Below are positions 25,701 to 38,538 of a stretch of 64,000 nucleotides of DNA, one piece after another. Origin of the DNA: Pristiophorus japonicus (Eukaryota); NCBI RefSeq assembly GCF_044704955.1, contig NC_091997.1, forward strand, positions 69,750,001-69,814,000, in the 5' to 3' direction. Within the stretch, counting starts at the first letter, position 1. The number at the start of each line of letters is the position of its first letter. A program made the position numbers and the translations under genes. The notes below the pieces were generated by a model. That model was given only the letters and a program-made list of their open reading frames with translations. It was not told the DNA's origin and did no database searches.

Positions 25701-28700
25701 CCCCCCCCACTCCACACTCAACCTTCCCCCCCCCACTCCACACTCAACCTTCCCCCCCCCACTCCACCTTCCCCCCCCCACTCCACCCTCACCCTTCCCC
25801 CCCCCACTCCACCCTCACCCTTCCCCCCCCCACTCCACCCTCACCCTTCCCCCCCCACTCCACCCTCACCCTTCCCCCCCCACTCCACCCTCACCCTTCC
25901 CCCCCCCACTCCACCCTCACCCTTCCCCCCCCCACTCCACCCTCACCCTTCCCCCCCCCACTCCACCCTCACCCTTCCCCCCCCACTCCACCCCCCACAC
26001 TCCACTCCACCCCCTCCCACCCACTCCACCCCCGTCCCCCACCCCCCCTTCTCCGTCCCCACCCCCGCCCCCCCTTCTCCGTCCCCACCCCCGCCCCCCC
26101 TTCTCCGTCCCCACCCCCGCCCCCCCTTCTCCGTCCCCACCCCCGCCCCCCTTCTCCGTCCCCACCCCCGCCCCCCTTCTCCGTCCCCACCCCCGCCCCC
26201 CTTCTCCGTCCCCACCCCCGCCCCCCTTCTCCGTCCCCACCCCCGCCCCCCTTCTCCGTCCCCACCCCCGCCCCCCTTCTCCGTCCCCACCCCCGCCCCC
26301 CTTCTCCGTCCCCACCCCCGCCCCCCTTCTCCGTCCCCACCCCCGCCCCCCTTCTCCGTCCCCCCTTCTCCGTCCCCCTTTATCCACCCCGCCCCCCCTT
26401 CTCCGCCCCCACCCCCGCCCCCCATTCTCCGCCCCCACCCCCGCCCCCCATTCTCCGCCCCCACCCCCGCCCCCCATTCTCCGCCCCCACCCCCGCCCCC
26501 CATTCTCCGTCCCCCCTTCTCCACCCCACCCCCGCCCCCCCTTCTCCACCCCACCCCCGCCCTCCCTTCTCCACCCCCGCCCCCCCCTTCTCCACCCCCG
26601 CCCCCCCCTTCTCCACCCCCGCCCCCCCCTTCTCCACCCCCGCCCCCCCCTTCTCCACCCCCGCCCCCCCCTTCTCCACCCCCGCCCCCCCCTTCTCCAC
26701 CCCCGCCCCCCCCTTCTCCACCCCCGCCCCCCCCTTCTCCACCCCCGCCCCCCCCTTCTCCACCCCCGCCCCCCCCTTCTCCACCCCCGCCCCCCCCTTC
26801 TCCACCCCCGCCCCCCCCTTCTCCACCCCCGCCCCCCCCTTCTCCACCCCCGCCCCCCCCTTCTCCACCCCCGCCCCCCCCTTCTCCACCCCCGCCCCCC
26901 CCTTCTCCACCCCCGCCCCCCCCTTCTCCACCCCCGCCCCCCCCTTCTCCACCCCCGCCCCCCCCTTCTCCACCCCCGCCCCCCCCTTCTCCACCCCCGC
27001 CCCCCCCTTCTCCACCCCCGCCCCCCCCTTCTCCACCCCCGCCCCCCCTTCTCCACCCCCGCCCCCCCCTTCTCCACCCCCGCCCCCCCCTTCTCCACCC
27101 CCGCCCCCCCCTTCTCCACCCCCGCCCCCCCCTTCTCCACCCCCGCCCCCCCCTTCTCCACCCCCGCCCCCCCCTTCTCCACCCCCGCCCCCCCCTTCTC
27201 CACCCCCGCCCCCCCCTTCTCCACCCCCGCCCCCCCCTTCTCCACCCCCGCCCCCCCTTCTCCACCCCCGCCCCCCCCTTCTCCACCCCCGCCCCCCCCT
27301 TCTCCACCCCCGCCCCCCCCTTCTCCACCCCCGCCCCCCCCTTCTCCACCCCCGCCCCCCCCTTCTCCACCCCCGCCCCCCCCTTCTCCACCCCCGCCCC
27401 CCCCTTCTCCACCCCCGCCCCCCCCTTCTCCACCCCCGCCCCCCCCTTCTCCACCCCCGCCCCCCCCTTCTCCACCCCCGCCCCCCCCTTCTCCACCCCC
27501 GCCCCCCCCTTCTCCACCCCCGCCCCCCCCTTCTCCACCCCCGCCCCCCCCTTCTCCACCCCCGCCCCCCCCTTCTCCACCCCCGCCCCCCCCTTCTCCA
27601 CCCCCGCCCCCCCCTTCTCCACCCCCGCCCCCCCTTCTCCACCCCCGCCCCCCCCTTCTCCACCCCCGCCCCCCCCTTCTCCACCCCCGCCCCCCCCTTC
27701 TCCACCCCCGCCCCCCCCTTCTCCACCCCCGCCCCCCCCTTCTCCACCCCCGCCCCCCCCTTCTCCACCCCCGCCCCCCCCTTCTCCACCCCCGCCCCCC
27801 CCTTCTCCACCCCCGCCCCCCCCTTCTCCACCCCCGCCCCCCCCTTCTCCACCCCCGCCCCCCCCTTCTCCACCCCCGCCCCCCCCTTCTCCACCCCCGC
27901 CCCCCCCTTCTCCACCCCCGCCCCCCCCTTCTCCACCCCCGCCCCCCCCTTCTCCACCCCCGCCCCCCCCTTCTCCACCCCCGCCCCCCCCTTCTCCACC
28001 CCCGCCCCCCCCTTCTCCACCCCCGCCCCCCCCTTCTCCACCCCCGCCCCCCCTTCTCCACCCCCGCCCCCCCCTTCTCCACCCCCGCCCCCCCCTTCTC
28101 CACCCCCGCCCCCCCCTTCTCCACCCCCGCCCCCCCCTTCTCCACCCCCGCCCCCCCCTTCTCCACCCCCGCCCCCCCCTTCTCCACCCCCGCCCCCCCC
28201 TTCTCCACCCCCGCCCCCCCCTTCTCCACCCCCGCCCCCCCCTTCTCCACCCCCGCCCCCCCCTTCTCCACCCCCGCCCCCCCCTTCTCCACCCCCGCCC
28301 CCCCCTTCTCCACCCCCGCCCCCCCCTTCTCCACCCCCGCCCCCCCCTTCTCCACCCCCGCCCCCCCCTTCTCCACCCCCGCCCCCCCCCTTCTCCACCC
28401 CCGCCCCCCCCTTCTCCACCCCCGCCCCCCCCTTCTCCACCCCCGCCCCCCCCTTCTCCACCCCCGCCCCCCCCTTCTCCACCCCCGCCCCCCCCTTCTC
28501 CACCCCCGCCCCCCCCTTCTCCACCCCCGCCCCCCCCTTCTCCACCCCCGCCCCCCCCTTCTCCACCCCCGCCCCCCCCTTCTCCACCCCCGCCCCCCCC
28601 TTCTCCACCCCCGCCCCCCCCTTCTCCACCCCCGCCCCCCCTTCTCCACCCCCGCCCCCCCCTTCTCCACCCCCGCCCCCCCCTTCTCCACCCCCGCCCC

Positions 28701-29960
28701 CCCCTTCTCCACCCCCGCCCCCCCCTTCTCCACCCCCGCCCCCCCCTTCTCCACCCCCGCCCCCCCCTTCTCCACCCCCGCCCCCCCCTTCTCCACCCCC
28801 GCCCCCCCCTTCTCCACCCCCGCCCCCCCTTCTCCACCCCCGCCCCCCCCCTTCTCCACCCCCGCCCCCCCCTTCTCCACCCCCGCCCCCCCCTTCTCCA
28901 CCCCCGCCCCCCCCTTCTCCACCCCCGCCCCCCCTTCTCCACCCCGCGCCCCCCCTTCTCCACCCCCGCCCCCCCCTTCTCCACCCCCGCCCCCCCCTTC
29001 TCCACCCCCGCCCCCCCCTTCTCCACCCCCGCCCCCCCCTTCTCCACCCCCGCCCCCCCCTTCTCCACCCCCGCCCCCCCCTTCTCCACCCCCGCCCCCC
29101 CCTTCTCCACCCCCGCCCCCCCCTTCTCCACCCCCGCCCCCCCCTTCTCCACCCCCGCCCCCCCTTCTCCACCCCCGCCCCCCCCTTCTCCACCCCCGCC
29201 CCCCCTTCTCCACCCCCGCCCCCCCCTTCTCCACCCCCGCCCCCCCCTTCTCCACCCCCGCCCCCGCCTTCTCCACCCCCGCCTTCTCCACCCCCGCCTT
29301 CTCCACCCCCGCCCCCCCCTTCTCCACCCCNNNNNNNNNNNNNNNNNNNNNNNNNNNNNNNNNNNNNNNNNNNNNNNNNNNNNNNNNNNNNNNNNNNNNN
29401 NNNNNNNNNNNNNNNNNNNNNNNNNNNNNNNNNNNNNNNNNNNNNNNNNNNNNNNNNNNNNNNNNNNNNNNNNNNNNNNNNNNNNNNNNNNNNNNNNNNN
29501 NNNNNNNNNNNNNNNNNNNNNNNNNNNNNNACCCCGCTCCCCCCTTCTCCATTCCCCCCACCCCCGCTCCCCCCTTCTCCATTCCCCCCACCCCGCTCCC
29601 CCCTTCTCCATTCCCCCCACCCCGCTCCCCCCTTCTCCATTCCCCCCACCCCGCTCCCCCCTTCTCCATTCCCCCCACCCCGCTCCCCCCTTCTCCATTC
29701 CCCCCACCCCGCTCCCCCCTTCTCCATTCCCCCCACCCCGCTCCCCCTTCTCCATTCCCCCCACCCCGCTCCCCCCTTCTCCATTCCCCCCACCCCGCTC
29801 CCCCCTTCTCCATTCCCCCCACCCCGCTCCCCCCTTCTCCATTCCCCCCACCCCGCTCCCCCCTTCTCCATTCCCCCCACCCCGCTCCCCCCTTCTCCAT
29901 TCCCCCCACCCCGCTCCCCCCTTCTCCATTCCCCCCCCGCCCCCCCCCCCCCCCCAGTTT
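22765..29960. repeat. C-rich tandem repeat array in MPI intron 1
   Basis: Successive ~20-30 bp units (CCCCGCTCCCCCCTTCTCCACCCCCCA; CACTCCACCCTCACCCTTCCCCCCC; CCCCCGCCCCCCCCTTCTCCA), interrupted by an N gap. Confidence 0.97.
29331..29530. other. Assembly gap (200 N)
   Basis: Run of exactly 200 N; true length unknown. Confidence 0.99.
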
Positions 29961-30944
29961 TCCGCCCCCATCTTCCCACCCCCACTCCAGGAACTTCAGC
30001 ACAAAAAAATCCAGACTGACACTGCCAGTGCAGTGCTGAGGGAGTGCTGTGCTGTACTGTCAGGGGCATTACTGAGGGAGTGGCACGGTGCTGGATGAGA
30101 CGTTAACCCGAGGCCCCGTCTGCTCTCTCAGGTGGACCTAAAAGATCCCACTATTTCGAAGAGGAGCAGGGGGAGTTTATCCGTGGTGTTCTGGGGCCAA
30201 TATTTATCCCTCAATCAACATAACAAAAACAGATTATCTGGTCATTATCACATTGCTATTTTTGAGAGCTTGCTGAGCGCAGATTGGCTGCTGTTTTTCC
30301 CACATTACCACAGTGACTGCACTCCCAAAAAGTACTTTGTTGGCTGTAAAGTGCTTTGAGACGTCTGGTGGTTGCGAAAGGCGCTGTATAATCTACGTCT
30401 TTCATGCTCCTCTGATTCTGAAGGTTGTGGGCTCAAGGCCATTTAAAAAAAAAGCAAACCAAGCACTCGGGTTTATTTCTAGAGGGATTGAATTGAAAAG
30501 CTATACTAAACTTGTATCGAACCTTGGATGCAAAAAGCTGGTCATTTATTATTTGTGCTTTGCTGTGCATAAATTGGCTGCCTTCATAACAAATGTCACA
30601 CTTCAAAAGTAGCTCTTAGGAGGGGCAGTGCCTTTGGAGGTCCTGCGACTACACTTGGAGTACTGTATACAATTCTGCTCGCTGTATTATTAAAAATGAT
30701 ACAGACGCACTGGAGAGGGTGCAAAAAGGTTTACAAGGATGGTTGATGACAGATATATGAGGGTATATCATGAAAGGATAAACAGGCTGGCTCTCTTTGG
30801 CTGAGGGGTCTTTAAAATTATGAAACGTTTTGATGGAGTAGATAGAGTGAGTGTTTCTACTTGGGGAGAGAAAATCTAGAGACCATCAATATAAGATAGT
30901 CACCAAGAAATTAAATAGGGAATTCAGAAGGAACTTCTTTACTC

Positions 30945-31110
30945 TGTGACAAAAGCAAAATACTGCGGATGCTGGAATCTGGAATAAAAACAGAAAATGC
31001 TGGAAATCTCAGCAGGTCAGGCAGCACCTGTGGAGAGGAAGCAGAGTTAACAATTCGGGTTGATGAGTTGCTGCCTGGCCTGCTGAGATTTCCAGCATTT
31101 TCTGTTTTAT
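30945..31110. mobile_element. Penelope-terminal-derived inverted-repeat mini-element inserted in a CR1
   Basis: ~45-bp inverted arms (AAACAGAAAATGCTGGAAATCTCAGCAGG...); 10-bp TSD TTCTTTACTC at 30935-30944 and 31111-31120. Confidence 0.75.
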
Positions 31111-31756
31111 TTCTTTACTCAGAGAGTGGCGAGAATGTGGAACTCGCTGCCACAGGGAGTGGTTGAGGTGAATTGTATAAATACATTTAAGGGGAGGCTG
31201 GACAAGCGTATGAGGGAGAAGGGAATAGAGGGTTATGCTGATAGTTAGATGAGGAAAGACGGGAGGAGCCTCAAGTGGGACGTCCTGAGGTCGTGAAAGG
31301 CGCTATAGAAATGCAAGTCTTTTTTACTTTGAAGTGACTATCTGAGTGTATGCAAGTCACCAGAAAATTATTTAAAATGCAAAGTAAATTTCTGTTAAAT
31401 AAAAATGCAAATACTGCAAATCTGAAATAAACACAATGGAGGAAATGCAAAGTATCTGAATAGAGAAACATAAAGGAGAGGTAATCCTTCGAGTACAAAT
31501 ACTTAGACCTTGTTATAACTTTCTAAAGTTGGATGAATATTCTGCAGTTGATTATCGTTGGGAATCGAGGAAAATTTGTGCATTTTTTTTCAACAGTCTA
31601 ATAAGATGGGTAGGATCGATTGATTGTACATGGTATGCAGAAGGATCTATTTGGCTCTTTGTCGCTACATACTTGTCTGCTTGCCTTTTTTGGAGCGATG
31701 TAACAATTTGCACTGCACTTTTTTGACAGACATGCGACGAGCCACGCCCCCTGTCA

Positions 31757-32057
31757 AGCACTTTGGCTGGGGGATGCATGCACTTGGACTGGGGTAAGGC
31801 ACTTCGGCTGGGGAGGGCATGCACTTGGACTGGGATAAGGCACTTTGGCTGGGGAGGGCATGCACTTGGACTGGGATAAGGCACTTTGGCTGGGGGATGC
31901 ATGCACTTGGACTGGGGTAAGGCACTTTGGCTGGGGGATGCATGCACTTGGACTGGGATAAGGCACTTTGGCTGGGGGATGCATGCACTTGGACTGGGGT
32001 AAGGCACTTTGGCTGGGGGATGCATGCACTTGGACTGGGATAAGGCACTTTGGCTGG
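31757..32057. repeat. 41-bp minisatellite, ~7 copies
   Basis: Unit AAGGCACTTTGGCTGGGGGATGCATGCACTTGGACTGGG(A/G)T; period 41 (e.g. 31796, 31837). Confidence 0.95.
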
Positions 32058-34559
32058 CCCTTGCTGTCTTCTGGGGAGCTCTGTCCTCTGTCGCTTCAGG
32101 AAGTCAAAGTGGATCGAGTAACCATTTGCAATGTCAGTGAGGTGTTGGGATGGGCGGTTCCAGTTACACAGTCCAGTGAAACTTCAGGGTGTGGCTTATC
32201 CTCCAAGGGGACCAATCATAGACAAAGGGTGGAGCATGGCGGCCATTTTGGCAGTACAAATAAGCATGTCTTTTTTTGAGTGCACAAGTATTTCTGTTTT
32301 ATTATACATGCGGTCAATGGTCGGAATTAAGCTGCACAGTGTTTGGTCCCAACAAGCGCAGATTTGTGGCTTTTTTGAGCTGGTTACCGTATTTCTGGAA
32401 TAATCAGTAAGAAACGGAGCAATCGATTTAACGTAATTATTCCAAATACAAGTCAGGAACTGACTTCTTGATCTTTTAATGTGTGCTACTATGATTAAAA
32501 TTCAGTGAATCAAGAGTACACCAGAGGGCCTGATTTATAGGGCACGAGTGAGCTGGAACCCACTGACCATCAAGAGGCGATGTTATATTGGCTGTGTTTT
32601 GTGGCTCAGCAGTGTATTCAGTTTATGCCCTGTTGGATAAATAAAATGAGAAATGGCCTGGAGAATTTTAGACCCATACTGCAGTGCAGATTGCAGATTA
32701 GTTTCACAGAAACCAGTTAATAGTGAATAATCAGTCAACCACATCCTCTCTGTTAAGTACAAACAAAGGCAATATATTTGATGTGGGTTAAACAGATATT
32801 TGAGCGATAAGGGCCTCAAGGATTGTGGGGAGCGGGCAGGGAAGTGGAGTTGAGGCCAAGATCAGATCAGCCATGATATTAAATGGCGGAGCAGGCTAGA
32901 GGGGCCGAATGGCCTACTCCTGCTCCTATTTCTTATTTCTTCCACACTAAAAATTCTCATGTCGCTGATGAGTCCTATGCGGGATCTACAGTCTCTGTCA
33001 CAGGCGGGGCAGACGCTGGTTGAAGGAACGGGTGGGTGGGGGTGCTTGAGTTGCCACGTGCTCCTTCCACTATGTTGTGGTACACAAGGTATCGTAACTG
33101 TGGCACAGGCTACTCCTATTCCTTATGTTCTCATGTAAAAGAGGATCTTTTGTAACTCGGGTGTCCGGTAACCGTTAGAATTCAGTCTTCGCTTGTTAAT
33201 TGTGTCGTGGACCCGTGAGATATTTCAGGGAGGTGATTGGGGCAAAGCGAGGATTGTAGAGGACCAGCTCCAGGTGCAGGTCGGTGTCTTGCTTCGGAAA
33301 TCATGCCTGCACAAGGATTGAAGATCACATAGCACAAATTTGACAGAGCTGGCACCCTTGCTCCTTCATCTGTTGCGAAAAAGCATCATCATCATTGGCA
33401 GTCCCTGGAACGAGGATGACTTGCTTCCACAAGTGCTCACAGATGTTTCAATGAAGGTCCAATGTTCCAGTCCTGAACTCCAGTTGAGGGGGTGGAAGAT
33501 GCCTGTGCGTGGATTTTTTTTTAAATGTGTGGTGGCCGTTGCACACCAGCCACCACACGGGCTTGACAGAACTGGGCCTTTATCCAGTGGCAAGGGTTAA
33601 CCAGGACGACTGGAGACCAGCTCGGCTGCACGGACCGAGTGCGCACACATGTCGCAGTGTGGGCTGGGCCCGTGCTGCCCCTGGGCCCTCGGCTCTTCTG
33701 GGCCCCGTACCCTCATTCGCCGCACCTCTGCCACCATGTTCCAGGGGCCCGGCGCTCCAGCTCTATTTAAAGCCCTGACCTGCGGTGGTGGTCTCACACA
33801 GGTCGGGGTGGCCCTCGAAAAAGCAGCTAAGTAATGAATAGCGGTCAGCAGTGAATGCAGGTCAAGGTGTAGGTGAATTAAAAGGAAATAAAAATGTTCT
33901 GGTTTTTAAAAAAAATTTAGTTATCAAAAGAACTGAGAGACTTTTCCAGTACTGTATACTTAATGGGCGAATCCTCGGACTATGATACTATTTGGAAGGA
34001 GCGCTGTGGGAGAAGGTTTGCAATGGAACCATGATACAACAAATAAAATACATATTATAGATTAATGAATGGCTTCCCGGGAGTGATTCCAAGGAGGTAA
34101 TCTAGTAAATGAGCTCAGATCAGATTTTTAATTGTGGAAGAACCGATACCTTGGAGTGATTTCAAGGTGGTAATGTGACCCGAGGGTTCTGTTCATGCAA
34201 TAGCAAAGGTTGAATAGCTTCTTTTATTCGCCCAGTTGTAACCTTGGGTCTCGGGCAGGGATCAGCTCACTTGTCACAGCCCAGAGCTTAAATGCTCTGT
34301 CTGTACGGTTCAATACAACGTCATGTTAATTGAGAAAATTCTCTTTCGAAAAAAACAGATTTACAGGTGAGCTGATAAGAACATAAGAATTAGGAACAGG
34401 AGTAGGCCATCTAGCCCCTCGAGCCTGCTCCGCCAATATAGAGGACTTTAAAATGAAGGAACAGTAAAAGAAAGACTTGCATTTATATAGCGCCTTTCAC
34501 AACCACCGGATAACACAGAGCACAATGAAGTACTTTTGGAGTGTAGTCACTGTTATAAT

Positions 34560-36352
34560 GTAAGAACACAAGAAGGAGGAGTAGGCCATATGGCCCCTTG
34601 AGTCTGCTCCGCCATTTAATACGATCATAGACTCAGCTCCACTTCCCTGCCCGCTCCCCATAACCCATTATCCCCTTATCGGTTAAGGAACTGTCTATCT
34701 CTGTCTTAAATGTATTCAATGTCCCAGCTTCCACAGCTCTCTGAGGCAGCGAGTTCCACAGATTTACAACCCTCTGAGAGAAGAAATTCCATCTCATCTT
34801 AGTTTTAAATGGCCGGCCCTTATTCTAAGATTATGCCCCCTAGTTCTAGTCTTTCCTATCAGTGGAAACATTCTCTCTGCATCCACCCTGTCAAGCCCCC
34901 TCATAATCTTATACGTTTCGATAAGATCACCTCTCATTCTTCTGAATTCCAATGAGTAGAGGCCCAACCTACTCAACCTTTCCTCATAAGTCAACCCCCT
35001 CATCGCCAGAATCACAGCAGCCAATTTGCACACAGCAAGCTCCCATAAACAGCAATGTGATAATGATCAGCTAATCTGTTTTATGGTAATGTTGGTTGAG
35101 AGATAAATATTGGCCAGGACACCGGGAAGAACTCCCCTGCTCTTCTTTGAAGTGCCATGGGATCTTTTACCTCCACCTGAGAGAGCAGAAGGGGCCTCGG
35201 TTTAATGTCTCACCCGAAAGACGGCATCTCCGACAGTGCAGCGTTCCCTCAGGACTGCACTGGAGTGTCAGTCTAGATTTCTCTGCTCGAGTCTCTCGAG
35301 TGGTGTTGATTTGTTGCTGGGGTACTTTCTACGAATGTATATGTACTCCGGTACTCTGCCCAAGCCTTGATGGCGGGCCTATTTGACCGCAGGGGGCATC
35401 ACAGTTGAGTCCAGTTTGTGTCTTTACCCATCATTGAGATGTGCGGGAGTCAGTGAAAGATAATTTTGTTCTCCCCCACCCCCCCCCCCCCTCCCAAACC
35501 CAAACATAGCGCTCCGAGTGCTGCTCCTGCCTACATTAGTGAATTGTAATCAACCCTGGTCTGTGGCTGAATCAGCTAGTTGATTTTCAATCTGCGCCTG
35601 TGACTCGCTGGCAAGATTGCACTTTTATAATCATTGCAGGGTGTGCGTCCATTTTAATTTAGCTTATGTGCTCTATACTGACGCTGAATGCCCCTCTCGG
35701 GTAAAGATTAATAAGCACAACACCATTGCTGCCAAGTTCTATCATTAAATAATTCATAATTTATTCCTTTTTCCAGTATAGATTACATCTAGGGCCATCA
35801 GGTCACAGTGACTGAATACATCAAAAAATCTGTGTTCATTCCATGGGAAAGTACAAACATATCAAGAATCTTGCATACAACATAGAAAAATAGAAAATAT
35901 GTGCAGGAGTAGGCCATTCGGCCCTTTGAGCCTGCACCATCATTCAATATGATTATGGCTGATCATGCAACCTCAGTACCCCATTCCTGCATTCTCTCCA
36001 TACCCCTGATCCCTTTAGCCATAAGGGCCACATCTAACTACCTTTTGAATATGTCCAACAAACTGGACTCACCAACTTTCTGTGGCAGAGAATTCCACAG
36101 GTTCACAATTCTTTGGGTGAGAGAGTTTCTCCTCATCTCGGTCCTAAATGGCTTACCCCTTATCCTTAGACTGTGACCCCTGGTTCTGGACTTCCCCAAC
36201 ATCGGGAACATTCTTCCTGCATCTAACCTGTCCAATCCCGTCAGAATTTTCTAAGTTTCTATGAGATACCCTCTCATTCTTCTAAATGACAGTGAGTATA
36301 AGCCTAGCCAATCCAGTCTTTCCTCATATGTCAGTCCTGCCATCCCGGGAAT
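34560..36352 (-). mobile_element. Cluster of CR1 3' fragments (34560-35005, 35880-36352) and a SINE in MPI intron 1
   Basis: GLYSLEFRRMRGDLIETYK and RIVNLWNSLP peptides. Confidence 0.85.
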
Positions 36353-36921
36353 CACTTCCTGTCTTCAAACCTTACTTCCCGTTATCGTTACTTCTGCTCA
36401 TGTTTTTAATGTCAACATTTGCCGTTGTAAATGGCTGGGTCAGCATTTCCCATTCAATCTGCCGTGTCAGCTGATGCAGTGAAGCTCTGGCCACAAGGTG
36501 GCTCTGTGGAGCGTGTTTCTACAACCTCTTTCCCACCATCTTGGATATTTTATAAACATGTACTTAACCACTTGTGGGCAATGCTACAGGCAATTTGCGT
36601 GTGTAAGCACCGAACACTAGACAGTGCAATCTTATGCACCTCCCTCCTGGGTTGTCCAATGCAATTTTGTGAATCTAGAATCATAGAATGGTTGCCAACA
36701 CAGAAGGAACCCATTCAGCCCGTACCGGCTCTATGCAAGAGCACTTAAGCTAGGCCCAACACCCACCCTTTCTCCGTAGCCCTGTTTTTAAAAAAAAAAA
36801 AAAAATTCCTTCTGAAAGCCACGATTGAGTCTGCCTCCACCACCCTTTCAGGCAATGCATTCCAGATCCTAACCACGTGCTGTGTAAAAAAAGGTTTTTC
36901 CTCGTGTCGTCTTTGGAGATT

Positions 36922-37661
36922 TGAAAGATTGGATCCCAAAGTTGGGTAAAGACGAAATGTGTCGAAATCTCGACCTCCGATAAACGACTCAGACACCTTC
37001 AGCTCCGGCAGAAGTTTCTTTAATTTACTTGCTAGCAAGGGAACGGTCACACTCAGTCAATGGCTAAGTAAACACCTCCGTGATGGTACAGTTTCACGAG
37101 ATATTTATACAGTAAAATCCAAGTTATGGCCTCTCCCTGTGTATTGGCTCTGTTGCGCAGTCAGTGAATACAGATAAAGAGTTAATTATTACATCCTTGT
37201 CCTGACATGGTTTCCAGATATTTCCTTTTGTCAGGGTTATTAATTGGCCAGCCGGCCATTACTCGATGAGAGTGTGGTAATGAGCTATTACCTGCCTTGC
37301 ATTGTGTCAGGATTGTCCAGTTTCCTGGTCAGTTATTTTTTTTGCATCAAACGGATGAGGTCTCTACAAGAGATAATGGCTGGTGGTTTGAGTACTTTGA
37401 AAAGGGTGGGGTGGAGTGGAACTGGTGTTGTATAGATAATAGGAGAGCACCATGGGGTGGGGGGGGGGGTACTTGTCTCAGCAGGACTTGTCTCTTAGCT
37501 GTCTGGTGGCTATCAGCCATTTCAAGCCAGGTTTAGCTGTTTATGCAAGCCGACTGCTTTATGCAGAAATTTCTGGAAGGACCAGGACTCCATTTTGTTA
37601 TATATTGCAAAGGGCACAAAAATACCGTGTGGTATCAGCTTAGATAAAAATACATTTCCAC
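36922..37661 (-). mobile_element. Possible ERV-type solo LTR
   Basis: Minus-strand TGTGGAA start, TATAAATA, ATTAAA and ...TTTCA end; no clear TSD found. Confidence 0.4.
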
Positions 37662-37969
37662 AAACGTTTTGCTTGGCTTGTAAGAATGTTCTAAATATTC
37701 TTTTTATTGTAGATTAGCAGCTTTCTACCAAATGATTGGTCAGAAAGTTAAAACCAAGTCCTGTCTTGATGTATCTTTATTCCAACATGCACCAGGTTTG
37801 GAGATCAGTAAGTGTAGCGCTGTAATTTGGAGACTGATTGAGATTTTCAGTCTTCCCCACATTACAACAGTGCCTGCACGCCAAAAGTACTTCATTGGCT
37901 GTAAAGTGCTTTGAGACGTCCGCTGGTCGTGAAAGGTGCTATATAAATCCAAGTCTTTTGTTTCTGCAG

Positions 37970-38097
37970 TGTTTCCGCTGAAGTGTGTTGTGCAGCACTA
38001 CGCCTGGGGGAAGATTGGCTCGGACAGTGAGGTGGCAAAGCTCATTTCAAGTGATGATTCCTCGGTAGTTATCGAACAAGAGAAACCCTACGCTGAG
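37970..38097 (+). CDS. MPI: MPI exon 2 ([17 protein letters not shown]...EKPYAE)
   Basis: tttctgcag acceptor, GAG|GTA donor, 128 nt; type I PMI N-terminal Q-x-Y-x-W-G-K motif. Confidence 0.96.
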
Positions 38098-38336
38098 GTA
38101 TTTTGTTCCCTTCTCTTCAAAGAAAACCCGAGAGCCTTGTTTTAAGTGGGAGGTGAGCTGGCAAAGAGGGTCTTGCTGTCGGGCACTCATTTTCTTGTGA
38201 GTGTGTGAACTTTACTTGTCTTCCTCTTTGGCTATTGCTCTTGCAGAGAGCCGGTAGGGGCTCAATGGGCCGACATGGTGCTGGTGCTTCTCTGGCCTCC
38301 ATCAGTGCTGCTCTGAGCCGGTTGCTAGAAGGTGTG

Positions 38337-38538
38337 TGTTATGTATTTAACCCCTTCACACTACCACCAGAGGGCCTACCGGTTGGAGTCCCAAGGGATC
38401 CCAGCATCCCTTGGGAGCACTGTCTAAAAGCAGGCCGCCCACGAGGTGCCTGCACTCTGGAGTCTTATTAAAGGAGCTAAGGTCACACTTGCTCATTTAT
38501 ACAGTACTCAGTTTCATCCTTTTATTATGAGTGTATCA
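38337..38538 (+). mobile_element. Solo LTR, 202 bp, MPI intron 2
   Basis: TG...CA ends, 5-bp TSD GTGTG (38332-38336 and 38539-38543), ATTAAA inside. Confidence 0.75.

Noticed and set aside
22653-30098. Giant Pro-rich and Gly-rich ORFs (up to 2481 aa) in all six frames
   Set aside because: They result from a C-rich tandem repeat that cannot form stop codons; they span an N gap and lie inside MPI intron 1.
31552-32048. SPRR/cornifin-like repetitive peptides (PQPKC...)
   Set aside because: The 41-bp period is not a multiple of 3, so the same peptide cycles through all frames; a non-coding minisatellite.
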